64,000 nt of DNA from Lepidodermella squamata (lineage: Eukaryota; Animalia; Gastrotricha), in contig JBLDXI010000028.1 in NCBI GenBank assembly GCA_047495785.1, positions 1,550,001 to 1,614,000 of the forward strand, written 5' to 3'. Shown here piece by piece: positions 33,969 through 47,474 of this stretch. Position numbers and translations under genes: made by a program. Under the pieces are notes generated by a model. It saw nothing but the letters and a program-made list of their open reading frames with translations, did no database searches and was not told the origin of the DNA. How positions within the stretch are numbered: the first letter of the stretch is position 1; each line of letters opens with the position of its first letter.

Positions 33969-36900
33969 TTAGGCTTGTATCTTGGATATTATAGGCCCCC
34001 TGTTCAAATGAATATAACTTACCATCGCACTCAAACGGTGGGATGAACCACCGTCCAGCCAGACCACATTTTATCTCGAAAAATCTTTGTTGAGTGAAAG
34101 GAATGACCTAAAATTCAAGCAGCATATAGTTAAGTGAATTGAAGTCAGAGTGTATCGCACCGTTCGATTGGGGCAGAACAGGAAGGTTAACGTTTGGTAT
34201 GGCCAATACGGTAAACTTTCATTGGTGTAGGCCGCAAGGCTATGCCACGCATTTTCAAGAAAGACTGGTACCAATCGATCGGGTCTGTAGCACCCAATGC
34301 TCGTCAGGTATACAGAAGAAATAACCAACTCGCCATCAGGCTCTTTACTACCGCAATATTGCCTTCCCTCAGAGTGCGCGGCTAGAGATTCGTCGATGCA
34401 ATCATCCGCGCACTGTTCGTCTGCCAATTTCAAGTCAGTCGTTGGCAGCTTGTTCAGGCAAAAGCAATACTTGTCCGCTAGACCGCAATATAACGCTTCC
34501 TTTTCCATGCAAGCCTCCCTGCAAAGGCGCAGTGGGTCAATCGCCATTCGAGAGATATTAGCAATTGAAAACGGATTCAAGGCGTACGACCCGTTTTGAT
34601 ACATCCCAGTCAACGATTTGATTTTATATCCCTCCGTGATGTCCTTGGCAGGATCGATCTTGTAACAGCCTTTGTAGTACAAACTGAGGCTGCATTTTTC
34701 CGGGGCTCTTGGGTCATTAGGATCATCGCTTCCCGATAGAATCCATTGAGCTTGCGAGCTGCATTTAATGCTTTGTTCGTATCCGAGCCAGAATGAATCC
34801 GTACTCAGTTCAAAGCCCAGGTAACATCGGTAGCCGACGTAGCTCCCGTAGGTTTTTACTGTTCCATTATGAATGGCGTTCGTAACATTTGGGAAAGACC
34901 CGCAGCTTTTGACTATGGAAGTCCGAAAATGACACAAATGCAATCAATAATGTCACTATCTTACTTTTACAGTTGAAGATGTCAGGTTTCCAGCTGCTGC
35001 TGGAACTTGCAGCATCGTATACACAATACCGAATGGTTTCCTTATCCTCATTACCATATGCTACCTCGTATCCAGTTGCTTTTAAAGCATAATTTTCGAT
35101 CATTCATTCAGCTGAAATTTCTATTAGCTTACCGCAAGATAGCTTCATCGTACTCAAATAATTTGGGTATCTTGGAATCGCTGAATCATTGACGGGTGCG
35201 ACATTCGGAGTAACAGAGTACCTAGTGGAGCTTGGGATAGGGCAAGGCTTCCCTTCAAAATCGAGTGTTTAAACTGAAATCATTGTAAGGGAGTTTGCGT
35301 CTTACTTATGCAATTAGGTATAGGGTTGGTCCACGTTCCAATATCTGAACACGTCGATGAGGTATAGCCTGTGGAATTTGCGATAAAGCCCTGTATACAA
35401 CTGAAGGTCGCTGATTGACCAGGAGCGTTATAAAGCGTAGGTAGGTTTGTATAGAGTTTCTGATCAACAATTGGACAAACTGCAGACGACCAGATTCCAT
35501 TTGAGCAGACTAGAGATGACTGATATCTAACTTTCTGGTCCGGAACAGTCGTTGCGCCGGGACATTCTACGGTCACAGTTTCGTTCTCCGTGTATTGTGG
35601 GCTCTTGGTGGGCTCCATGTAGGATAAACCATTGCTGATTCGACATGGTGTACCAGGATTCTCACATGCACCAGCTGAGCATGGTCTGAGGCAGTTGTTA
35701 TCCGTCTTGCAAATAAAGCGAAACGAATAAAAAATACTCGAAGTTGAGAGGCTCGAGAATAAAGTTGAGGACGACATCGTTATCATCGCTGTCTCGTTGT
35801 CAAGTTTCAGAGCTGAAGAATCCCCGTTCCAGGCACCAGGTGTAAGTTGGTAAGGAATCGTCAATGAGCCTTTATTCAGCCACGCCCAATCTCCAAAAGC
35901 AACTGAAAGCAATAACAGAAGAATCAAGAGTTTGAAATTAAAACCCAAAAATGTGCCAACCGTTAGCTCGTGTAGTCGCCACATTTCGACAGGCAGTTTG
36001 GATAGGTCCGACTTTATCCGCCGTCAAAACCGACGAATAAACAGAGACACAGGTTAAATAGCCCCGAAATTGCCCAATATCTATACGGCTAAAGTCAACT
36101 GGATTCGTAACATTCGCCGCAATTTTCGATTGACCACAAACAGTTCCGTTGATCAGTACCTTGATTTGCTGGGTATCGTAAGTAACGATGAAATGGGACC
36201 ATACAAAATTAGGAAATCGACACTTGATTAAGGAGACGTTGAGATAATTCGGAATCTCAACATTCAGAGTGTTTGCATCCAACATCCTTATCGTGAAGTT
36301 TGAAGTGCGAATCAAATTATAAGGAGCAACATTTGGGGAATCCCGATAAATAAAAAATGATATGCTGAACTGAGCGAAAGTTGATCCACCGTCTCCTGCA
36401 GTTTCATATTGCAAGCCAGTTGATGCGTTGAAGTAATAGGACGATGGCATCGTTACTGAGCTAAGGAATGGTCCGTGCTCCACAAGGTAGGCCGCTGATG
36501 GGTTTTTCACAGCGAATCCCATGTAGTTTCCTACTAAATCTGCTGCTCGGTAATGTAAGGTCAGGGGCCAGAAACCAACGGCAGTTTCTCTTAAGTAAAC
36601 ATGTGGATGATCTGAAAACTAACTGCTGAAAAACCAGGATAAAATTCGTTCTGAATAACTTACATGAAAATTTACAATTAGTTGTACACCCCGGGTTGTC
36701 CGTATCGCAGCTTTCCCCAAAGCTTATCCGTCTATCCCCACAAACTGGTCGAGCTGGAATACTCTTGTTAATTATCTAGTTGATGCTTAATTATAGCGAA
36801 ACAAACCATAAATGCCAGTCTCGCATGAGAAGACCTCCAAGCTGGGCCAAGCTATAGTTGTCTCGACGAAGACCCAGGTAAGATTCCGGTTTTGGTCTGT

Positions 36901-39900
36901 CGTACCGATGATGGCATACTGTGGATATCCAGCGCTATGATAGTAGTTTGGCATTGGTTTGATGAAGTTTTCGTACAGCCCGGAGAAATTCCGCGAGCTG
37001 TAAAGATAATCCCAGCCAACCCAGAACTGTTGTGTCTCTGTGAAAAAAATATATTATAGCCAGATTCGATTAGAATTTCAAAGGTGCCGCATCACCTGCA
37101 ATGTAGATGAAACCCTTATTATAATATTTTTGGGTCGAAATTAAAGGAGGATAGATGAAAGTGAGGAATTCATCGTGAGCTGCATTTCTTGGAATCGCCA
37201 CGCTGCCTCCTCGGCGGCGGCAGTAGCGGAAAAAATCAGGGTACGATTTTTGAATATTAGTCTGCGGTTCGTAAAAGTAGCAATAGTTTCCATATGGCAC
37301 GAAATCAGCGGGACACGCTGTGAAATACAATTAAAAAACTTGAACAAAGCTGGCACAATAACTCGTACCACTAAAGCGACGGCAGAACTTGGTGATGTCT
37401 CCAAGTTCATCAAACTTAAAGGACCTGTCGAAGAGGGAAATGCATCCGATATTGCCATTGATTCCCGGTTCACTGGTGTTTGCACCTTTCCATCCTAAGT
37501 TCAGAGGTTCAAGCGGCAAGTTGCGAGAGAGGTATTTTGAATCCCGCAGGGCTGATTGGTCCATGCTCTTGGAAACGTAGATGGCGTAGCGGCCAAATAT
37601 CTCAACTTTTGACGAAGCAGCATCGTAGGTGTAAAGAGAAAATCTCGAGCTAGAAATAGGCCGTAACAGTTTAACAAATTTGAAATGAGATTAAATTACC
37701 TTGGTGGGGGAACGGAATTGCTGACATTATATACATCCAGTACATAATCACTCTCGGAACCATCGGGATGTGTGGCAAACATATGAAGTTCCCGTTTTGC
37801 ATTACTGCCGCCTTGAGTTGTGTTAGTGATGTAATAGCCTATTTCCACCAAGCCAGCGATGGTTGCTCTGATGAAGTGGGAGGCTTTAATTAATTTAATA
37901 AGTAGTTAATACTGAAAAAAGTTCTTGCATTGTGCGTCTAATCGGGTCGGCGGCCAGTGGTATACCCCAATAGAATCCGAAACTGAAGGATCGATTGAGG
38001 GAAATATCAAACGCTGGCCATTGAGCTGGAGGTACGAGCTTAACTCTGAAACAGTTAAACATCTTGAGACATACTTCGCTTAAGAATTTTCTCTTACATA
38101 CCTGGTGAGCGGTGAAAACTGAGCAGTTTCCGCATTCAAGGTGTCGCGCTGAGCCATTGCGGCGGTTTTTCGGAGCAGAAAATAGCTATAAGTTAAATTC
38201 CCAGCTGCCACCACTCCAATTGTTCTCTGATAGCCGACATCCTCTAACTTGTATTGCCTGGTAAGTGGCCAGAAACCCAACAGGTTGCGAGCAAACGGGA
38301 AATTCAGCATGGAATGACCTTCAACTTGACAAGTATCAGAGCAGCCGTCCCCCGCGACTTGATTTCCGTCATCACACTCTTCAAATCCGTCTTTATTGCC
38401 ATTTCCACAGGCGGAGTCCAGACCGGCAACAACCAGCTGTTCGCAGGTTGTTTGGAAAGTGGAAATGCTGCTGCTCCGTTTCCCTGATTCTAGGAAACCA
38501 CTATAAAGTGCGGTGCATGCTATAGGACCATTAGCGCCTCGACCCAATTTTAACGCGAAATTTGACACGTAATTTCCACCCAGCGTGGCGTTGAACGATG
38601 CAAGGACTTCATTGTTAGATACAACGTAAACATGTGTCGAGTTGCAAGTCAAGCCAAAGGCAATCCATTTGTTGAGGAAGCTCACGCCAATTGGTTGAGA
38701 AGAAGGAAACGACCACAGAACCGAGCTGACGTTTGTGCCATACTGTGTCCAAAGAGAACCTTGGAATCGAGTGCTGTATTTTTGAAAGTAGAAATTTCCA
38801 TTTCCAGCGTCATAGCAGAACATGTAGCCAGTCGAGTAATTTGACACATATGGCGCTGACATGGACATAGTCGCGACTTCGAAGAAGCAAGCAGTATTTG
38901 GCAGATAGGCGTTCTGGAATGGTAGGTTTGTGATCTGGCCGAACTTCCCGTATATGAAAAACGTGAATGGACACGCTAAAGTGTCAAGCTCGTCATGGTA
39001 CGCGGTCAAATCATGGTAACCTGAAGAAAAACGGATTTTCAGAGATAACATATTCGCTTTCTATTGCTTACTATAAGCCGAGAACGAGGCCACTCGAGCA
39101 GACATAGACCAAGGCACGGTTATCATTTCCGGAATGCCCCCAACAAAGGAGCCATGTCTGTTTTTTCCGCTCACGTCTGGATCCAAAAATCTGTTCTCTG
39201 AGTAGACCCAAAATCCCATTGTTGACCCAGGCGTAACCACACTGTCGACGGCTATATCAGTGGAGTACGGTTGGTAGCTCCAAGATCATTCTAAGGTATA
39301 AAATTTACCTGGTCTGGTATTCTGCATCAAGCCAGTGAAGTAATTCCGCTCTGGCGAGAGTAAGCCGCCAATTTCCTCGAGCTCACTCACCGATTCAAGG
39401 TAAAGCGGTGATGTTGGCTCGCCTTTTACTCCATTCATGCATATCGCGTTCGTTTTATCGAGCGACCCAGACGTCCTGTGAAGCAACCGATTATGACAAG
39501 ACAGGTTATTAAAGATCGGATCACATTTCTGATATAAAATAGCATCGGCTTCGCCAGAGAATGAAACCGAGCGGGCAACAATTTTTCTCTTCGACCATGC
39601 AGGCATCACTGCATCCATCCAGTGGCTCTCGATTACCGTCGTCGCACGTTTCTCCAACTTCAATAACCCCATTTCCACAAACACCAGTGAAGCCTATCAG
39701 CGCCGTATCTAGAAGCAAAACTGGTTAGAGATAGAGATTTTTGTATCATGCTTACTTTTCACGTAGTCCTGACAAACAGCTCTAAGTTGAAACATGTCTT
39801 TCTCCTTGAGAATTCTGTAGTAGATCGCCAAGCATTTGATGACCAATGAGGGCGGATTCATGTCATTCACCGTCAATTCCAAGGGCGTGCTGATAACAGG

Positions 39901-42900
39901 TGGTACTTGAAGAGCCTCAAAAATTGTGTAGTTCCGAATTCGAGTATTCACGTAGCCCGTAGCCATAGATGTCTCATAATCGAATGTGAATGCGATAGTG
40001 TTTGGAAAGTAGCTATCTAAAAGCATTGTAAGGCTCTGTGGTTCGTACCAAAAGTAGTGCCGCATTTCGAAAGAAATGGTTGAAGGCGTGATGCTGAGCG
40101 TTAACGTCGAATTTGGGCCGAATTTCATGACAGGTCGCTTGGTATAATCAATGAATTGATTGTCAGTTATGATGAAAAAAATGCTCAGTGTAGATGAAAA
40201 ATTGAAATTGTCTATCGGCAGGGTTTCAGAAACATATGTTGAGTTCGCCGAGCTATTCCAACTGATTTCCAAAGGGCCTCGGTCAACGTAGCCATATCTG
40301 CCACTCAGGGGCCAGAATGCGAAAAGTGAGTCGTAATGCGGTATGTTACTGTAGTAAGCAGCTGATTTGGACTGGAACAGTGCCACAGCCGATGTTCGAC
40401 CGCAATCAACGGTTCTTAGGCCGGGAAATACTTGGGAAATGTCCAATACAACACATGCCGTTGCTGTTTTCATTGAGGGCTGACCGGGCAGCCAAAGGGA
40501 GGTATCGATCGACTTATTCGTTGACAGCCAAACAAAAGCGACTTTGCTTTCGTCGAACCGCGCCCCTAGCCAGAAGAATTTCGACGCAGCAATCGTGGAA
40601 GGGGATGTTAGCTCCAGAGCATCACCAATTGCGTTCAGCGACGTCGTATCAAATATCTCAGCTAATTTTGCCCCGTTCGGCATCAGAAGATTAGAATCTG
40701 AGAAATTTAACACTGGGTACGCGGATGAATTTCCGGCATATGAGTAACACCAGCCTCCCAGCTCAACAGTTCCTTGCCCGCAGTTTGTTGTGTTCGCAAG
40801 TGAAATCAGAGTGCAGCCTTCAACGCACCTATCAATGCCGGCCCATGTGCTATCGGATTGGCAATTTATTGTTTTGGTCGAAAGGCCGTTACTCAAGAAA
40901 ACAGCCGTTGGTGATTCACATTCGATTGTAGCCACATTGCCTAGAAAAATTTCAGAAATTTTGATGATAAATGCCGGCGAGAATGGCAACTTACCAGGGT
41001 AAAACGTTGTTGTATCGCGACACAAAAATGACATCTTGTACTTGGACTGGAGATTAGGAGGTGGTAAAGGGCATAACGGGACTGAAAAACACTAATTTTC
41101 ACAGCCATCATGAAATAATCTTGTAATTAACTGTATGTCATCGGTTTGGGTGCTCTAGTAGCATTTGGGAGTGCGAAAAGCGGCGATATAGGAGATGTAC
41201 AGGCATATTGATAAGCAACGCCGCTTCCATTGCAAGCTGTGAGTTGAAAGGTGTTCGTTTCATCCAACACAGGGCATAAATCTAGTAAATTTCTCAAAAT
41301 CAAGGTGAAGTCAAAAGATGCGCAATCCTATTCACTTTCGACGCATTGCGGCAGAGCGGTCCAGCCAGAATTTTGACATGTCGTATTTTTGAAATCAGCC
41401 ATATCATAAAATCGATATTTTGATGGGCAGCGAATTTTCAAGGTGGTTCCATCTAGCGAGAAATTGTTAACCTTAATTAAGAACATTTGAAATCCTTTAC
41501 TTGCGTATGAATTGTTGGGTAAAGAAATATTCGACCAACTGGGGACTCCTTCGATTTCATAACCGTTGTAGAATAGCGGTAGAGCTGAGCATCTAGTAAG
41601 TAAGAGGGGATCCGCGTTATCAGTCGCAACCCGGCCGCATCCAGGACTCATTGGGCGCTCGCAGAGGAAGAACTGCTGCTTCGAGCAGGTATCAGGGTAC
41701 CACATGCCATCCTTCGCTTCAATACCATAGCACAAATTAGGCGTGAGACTTCCAACTTTTGACGTGCCGAGATTGGAATACAGCCCAGCTTTCCTCGCAA
41801 ACTGATCGGTGTAAAACCAATATGGGCGTGTCATGCGAGATTCGACTGTAGTAACATGAAACAAAACAAAAGGTTAGGACTGTTAGATTCTGAAACACTT
41901 ACTATCTGGTATCGATTCGGCATCAACCGAGCAGGCCAGGTTTGATGTTGCGGTTTGTGATGTAGAGCTTACGGTGAATACCCACCGGCCAGTGGCTTTG
42001 TTGTAGCTAAGCAGAACTCTTGCACCGGGGCTAGGCGGAATATCAGACCTCATTATTACTGTAAGACCTGATAGAATTATTTTTCCGAAGAAGGATGTGG
42101 CTTCAGGAGAGGTTCCATCTTCCCAAACAAAATGCTCTGAAAACGGATATTTGTTTACATGTAATATAGATTTGAAATGCTAATCAAACCCAGCGAGAAC
42201 TGAGCCATCGGGCTGCCGGTATCAAAAGTTGAATTAATGGCGTAAGGAGGCCAAGCGGTGAGTGCTCCCGAAAGTAGAAGTGGCGTCCAAACTTTGTAAG
42301 GATAAGCAGCACCAGGTGTCGCTATATTCGCTGAATTCCAGCTGAAGTACGAAAAGATGTAGTCAGCCTGTTGATCTGTGTCGATTCTCATGAAGTTCGT
42401 CGTGTCACCACATTGCTTAATCAAAGTGGACATATCTCCAGAGAGGGCGGTAATTTTGAAGCATCGCCCACTGACAGGTATGTAATCCAGAGGGCATGAT
42501 ATATCTATAGGATTGACGAACTACACTTCAAAAGTTCAATTTAAAAATTGCGTCATACATACATGATTGTATAGCTGATCTCCATACGTTTACATCAGGT
42601 TCCACTACTGGCTCAGCTTCGCAAATATAAGCAGCGGATGTCCTGTAGTCACGACTTTCAACTGACCACACTCCGCCGGTTGATCGTAATACGAAGCCAT
42701 CCGAGATTGTGAATGCGCTGCTTCTCTGCCACTTATTAGTTGCCGTAGTAGGATCAAAAGGGGTTCCGTCGTACCAGCGTATAAAACTGCTAGAATTTTT
42801 CGCTGGCAAAACAATTTGTCATTGTGCGGTAATTATATAAGCTAAACTGGCTTGCTTACATCTAGGGTCGATCGCTACTTGATATGACGTGTAGAGACCA

Positions 42901-45900
42901 AGAATTACGCCACCGCCCGATTGAGACAGCATTAGGCTAACATTCGAAAGGAACTGGACCTCATCTACAGTGGCTTCTTTCGGTGGAAACCCATTCTGCA
43001 AATCTTTGCAATAAATTGGCGCATCAATCGAGTAGTATGATGCAGGAGGTCGGATGCTGTAGCACTTATTGACCTGTGAATGGTAAAAGTACTCGGATGG
43101 ACACCGTACCATTCGAGTATTCATAGCGATCCAGAACCTGCCGCCGATTTCCGAAATCACCCCTGCGTAGAATTGATTCTCTGAGATAGTCTCAATGTGG
43201 GCAAGATAGCCGCCCTGAGAATAACAATAATCAAGGGCAGCTTGCCAAGAGCCCGCTGCTTCCTCTGTCGATATCGTGAAACACTCGTCTCCATAGACAA
43301 TCCAATCATCTGGGCATGGCTTCGTGCACGGTACGAATGGCTGAGTTTCACATAGCAAAGAACCCATCATAAGAGATTGATTCGAGCTGGTTCCAGGAAA
43401 GGAGGTTAGCATTCCATCTTGACCAATGCCAAGAAACCTTTCCGATGAGTTACGCATCGGATTTGCATATTGGCCGACAGAAAGAATCGGAGATAAAGAT
43501 TTCCCATCCATTGGCCAAATTCGGTAATCTTAAACATCATGCTTGAGCAAATCAGCACATTCTCAATCGTCAACTTACTGTAATCGCCTGGACTAGAGAA
43601 GGAGCTGAGAAAGTAGTTGCTCGTTGGCAACACCGTCCAGTCTCTGCCCTGTCGCCAATTTGCAGCAAGGCTGCGGCAAGGGGTCCAATAATGACACGCT
43701 TGGCCGGTTAGTCTCAGACGTTGCCCGACTCTAGATCGATAGTTTCGCGCGAACAACATTTCCTCCTCGGTGTTTATGCTTATCGGCCAAACGCTACCAG
43801 TTTTCCATAGATTGAGACCATCTCTATGACATTTGTACACAGCCGCATAGAAGTTGAGCGGTGTTACTAAATTAATTAAAACCATTAAATCGGGGAGAAA
43901 TAAATTCGCGTTTAAGATTTACTTGTTGAAGTGTAAGGCAACGTTGTCCGATAGCAGCTGCCTTGAAAGTAGACCCAGCCTTCTGGACAACCTCGCGTAG
44001 TTTGTTTCCTTATGAGAGGTGATAATTCTCTAATGCCTCCGAAGTTCCGGTTGCAATTGGTGAAGTCCCATCTTAGAGTGCCGCCATCAATAAATAAACA
44101 GTTTCCGCTTGAATCCAAGCTGTAATAGAACCACAAGTCCAGATTTTGTGCTCCTGTTTGGTAGAGGGGAAGCCTGAGGTGCCTCTCCCTGGAATCGATT
44201 AGCCAGAAATATTCGTCTGAAATGGGAAATTTCTCAGCGAATATGGTTACTGTAACTGAGAGCTAACAAACCGAACGAGCCCGGTAACGTAGTTGCATTA
44301 GGGTCCAAGCCGATATACAGGTAGTTCCCATTGTATCTTCTGTACTGAGCTAGTGTCGAATGGATGAATTCCAGTTCTAACCAGCTTTCTATAGCGGCTA
44401 AATGTGTCACGCCATTGTCCGTTTTACTTAGGTAATCGCTAAAAGAGCCAAGGGAATTTATCCGTACTGAAAAATGCCAAATTATAGCAACCATTCTCAA
44501 TTTATATTTATACTCACTCTCGTATGCTTTCCCGCCGAAATAGTACCAAGGCTCCGAGGTGGCCTCTATCGCCTTAGCTACTGCACTATTACCTAAGAAT
44601 CGGGTAATTTCAGCGAAGATAAGTTATATGAGTGATTTTCAAACCAGGGTAAACAGGAGTGCTACTCGGTATGCGATAGTCGCAGATGAAAGGCAGTGCC
44701 GTATCGCAGGTTGCCGTGTGCCAAGTTCCGTTGTTGAACATGAAAATGCAACTGCCAGCAGCCAACGTTGGCGATGTTGAGCTGCTGCTCAGGGCAACAA
44801 ATGATGGCATAAATGGCAGGTAGGAGTAAATGTGAAAACTGTCAGGATTCGCCGTCCTTAAGATTAGAAATGATAAAGAAATGGCAGTCAAGTAAAAAAC
44901 ACGGTTACCAGTAAGGATTTCCTCCTGAATCTGTCGTGGCACTGAGCCAAGCTCGAGCGATGTTTATCGCGTTAGTTTTCATTAGTTCACTCAAAATCAT
45001 GTTCTATTTAAAAGCGACGTCAAAAATACATGTTTTCTATATCGCACAAACCTGTTCGTATTGGAAAACCTGAGCTAATCGAGCGCCATATGTCTTACAG
45101 AAGGAATCAGCGTCAACTTGTTTTCTCGGAGTTGGAAAAATGCGATAGCAACGCCCGAGAACTTCCACCCAGCCAGACATGCATTTCTCAATTCGCACCC
45201 ACATCTTCCTCAACTCAGTACTCGGGAACAAACGGCGGTAATTCACGATGAACTGACTGTCGTCCTCAGTTTCAATTGTGGCAGCTACTGAAGACGAAGT
45301 GAGGCTGCCTAACGCCAAAGGGCAAGTCGTCCCGAGAAAGCCTTTGTAATCAGGTAGCGGTGATGTAGTCATCGGAGGTACGTACCAGAACTCATTGCCA
45401 TGACGGATCCAGTTCAAAATTGAGCCGTTAGTTGAAGAACTGGGTATCACTCGATAACCAAACATAACCGAAAGAGAAGCAGCCGAAGATGTTGAAACTG
45501 CAGAACCGCCATACATTACACCACCCCGCCTGGTCATATAAATGTGACCAACAGAGTTTGAAACGCTTAACGTAGCGTTGTTCGATGAAATGGCCTGTCC
45601 ATCTGACCAGTGGAAATGACCGTGAATGTTGCTGAGAACTGGGCCGTAGTTGACGTAAGGGATTGCTTTCGTTGCGATGAAATCAGCAGCACGACTATCG
45701 CGGCCTTCGAGTTGAACACCCTGAAATTCGTTTGGCCAGTCGAGAGGATAGGTCGATCCGGAGATTCGAATACATGCCGAGGTACTGCTTATCACGGTTT
45801 CGTAGCTCCCTCGGAGACAAGCGCCTGAAATTTTTTAAATAAGATTGAGATTACTCGCTACCCTTAAATTTACTTCGTCTGAATTCGCAAATGTATCCAA

Positions 45901-47241
45901 GAGTGAGATTGCATCTGTTCAAAGTAATGTTTGCCACACTTGAATTCATCCAGGCGCAAAGCTGAGGCACATCGTATTGATACGATAGGCCCATTACGAC
46001 GTTGGGCACTGTCGGAGTTATGATTCTCCCGCGAGTATCAAGTACTGCAAAAAATACTTTGAAATCTTCTAATTATCGTGATCTAATAGTTACAAGGCCC
46101 AAAATTTCTGCTCGAGGTTCCACCTCCGACAGCATTTGTCAGCGAAGGGTTGTAGTAGCCGGTCCAGAAGCGTGTGTTATTCGTGGAATTTGCTCGTTGA
46201 ATCGCAATTCGCATGAGATCAAAGTTGAAGCTGGTCGTATTCAAGTTGGATGGAGCTGCTAAAACTCCTCCATTCTGCGCACATTGTTGCTGGGCGAAGG
46301 GAAAGGTCAATTGAGGTTGAGGGTACGCTACGTAGAGCACCCTTTGCTCTGCTATTTCGTCGCAGTCCAGAACTTCGAAATGCAAAAGTAAGAAACGAAT
46401 TCATACGAAGTTCGAAGTTACTAACGCCCATTTATAGGATGTTTTCTGATCAAGAGTCTCATTCTCTGGATACTTGCCTGGCGATCAGGATAGTTGGGAA
46501 TTTGAAGGTTTGTACCGATGAAGTTGGCGCACAATCCATCCCACCAGCCTGTAGCCAAGGATCCGCAGTTGGATAGTGAGTTGTCATTCGTCGCAAACGA
46601 GCCACAAGTCGATCCAGTTCCACGAGTACAATTGAAAAGTAGAGGAGCTATGATAACGTAGTGACAGATGGGCAAATTCAAGATTTAGCAGCTGTACCTT
46701 TCATTGGGTTGCAGTTGAGCTGAACTTGTGACAACTGATACCTATCCCCCGAGTTTCCAACTTTGAAATTCTCATAAGCTTGCCACAAGTACCGACCGTA
46801 TGAGTCCCAAACATCAACTACAGCTGTATAGGCGCCGTTGTACGTTAACAGGAACATCTGGTCATTTCCGAGCCAGAAGCTATCAGCAAGATTACCAAAG
46901 CCATCTTTGTAATCTTGCCAAGTTCTGGCGAAATCAACACTCGACGAAGACCTTCGATCGAAAACGACCGTCCAGCCACCGCCGAAGTCATCCATCTCGC
47001 AGAAGGCATCGAACGACGGGCTGAAACTCGTCGGCTGAACGCGGTAGATCCCGCTCGCTGACGTAGTGTTGCTGTACAAAATCTGCTCACAGTCTGCTTG
47101 AGCTGCCAGCGAGCATTGACAACTGACGCCTGTGTATCAAAATCATGATATCTTTTGTACTCATGCAGCTGAAATGTTACCCTTTGTAACACCAGCGATC
47201 AGCACAAGCCAAATTAACAATGAGTATAATGTTTTAGCCAT
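33969..47241 (-). CDS. Large multi-exon extracellular mosaic protein: signal peptide, fibrinogen C-terminal domain, multiple C-type lectin domains, sushi/CCP, LamG/pentraxin-like, Cys-rich CGNG..ECDDGN repeats, WSC
   Basis: ATG 47241 gives the signal MAKTLYSLLIWLVLIAGV. FReD: SGIYRVQP..AFCEMDDFGGGWTV..DFARTWQDYKDGFGNLADSFWLGN. CTLD starts: CMSGWVEVLGRCY, CPEGWVYFQGSCY, CPDDWIVYGDECF, CPLGFILWRSRCY, CPADFVPYGNYCY. Sushi: ATFSCIQGF..CSDIGTWTNPIPNC. LamG-like: three (A/G)FWPL(S/T) starts. Cys-rich repeats: CGNGVIEVGETCDDGN, CGNGNKDGFEECDDGN. WSC: YYKGCY..CREAC..YCFC..YCG. Many ~50-bp GT-AG introns. The 3' end (49-bp intron then GCC TAA at 33969) is tentative. Confidence 0.82.
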
Positions 47242-47474
47242 TTCTAAATATCATTTTTTCTGCTAATTCTGTTTCTTTTGCTGCATTTTCGCGGTGTTTT
47301 CATTTGTTTCTGAGCAACGAGACGTGAGAATTTGATTGACATTTCTTTTCGACTGAGAAATCAAGGTATTTGTTTATTTTTTATGACCTATAGTGCTCAT
47401 CAGTTATACAATTCGTTTAATAATGAATTTGAAGCTGAAATCATAGACAATAACAGCATAAGAAACTATTCTCA

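Noticed and set aside
36675-39680. Horizontal transfer implied by 'Myxococcus-type' Cys-rich repeats
   Set aside because: Similar CGNG..ECDDGN repeats occur in animal proteins such as pappalysins, and here they sit within an intron-containing gene.
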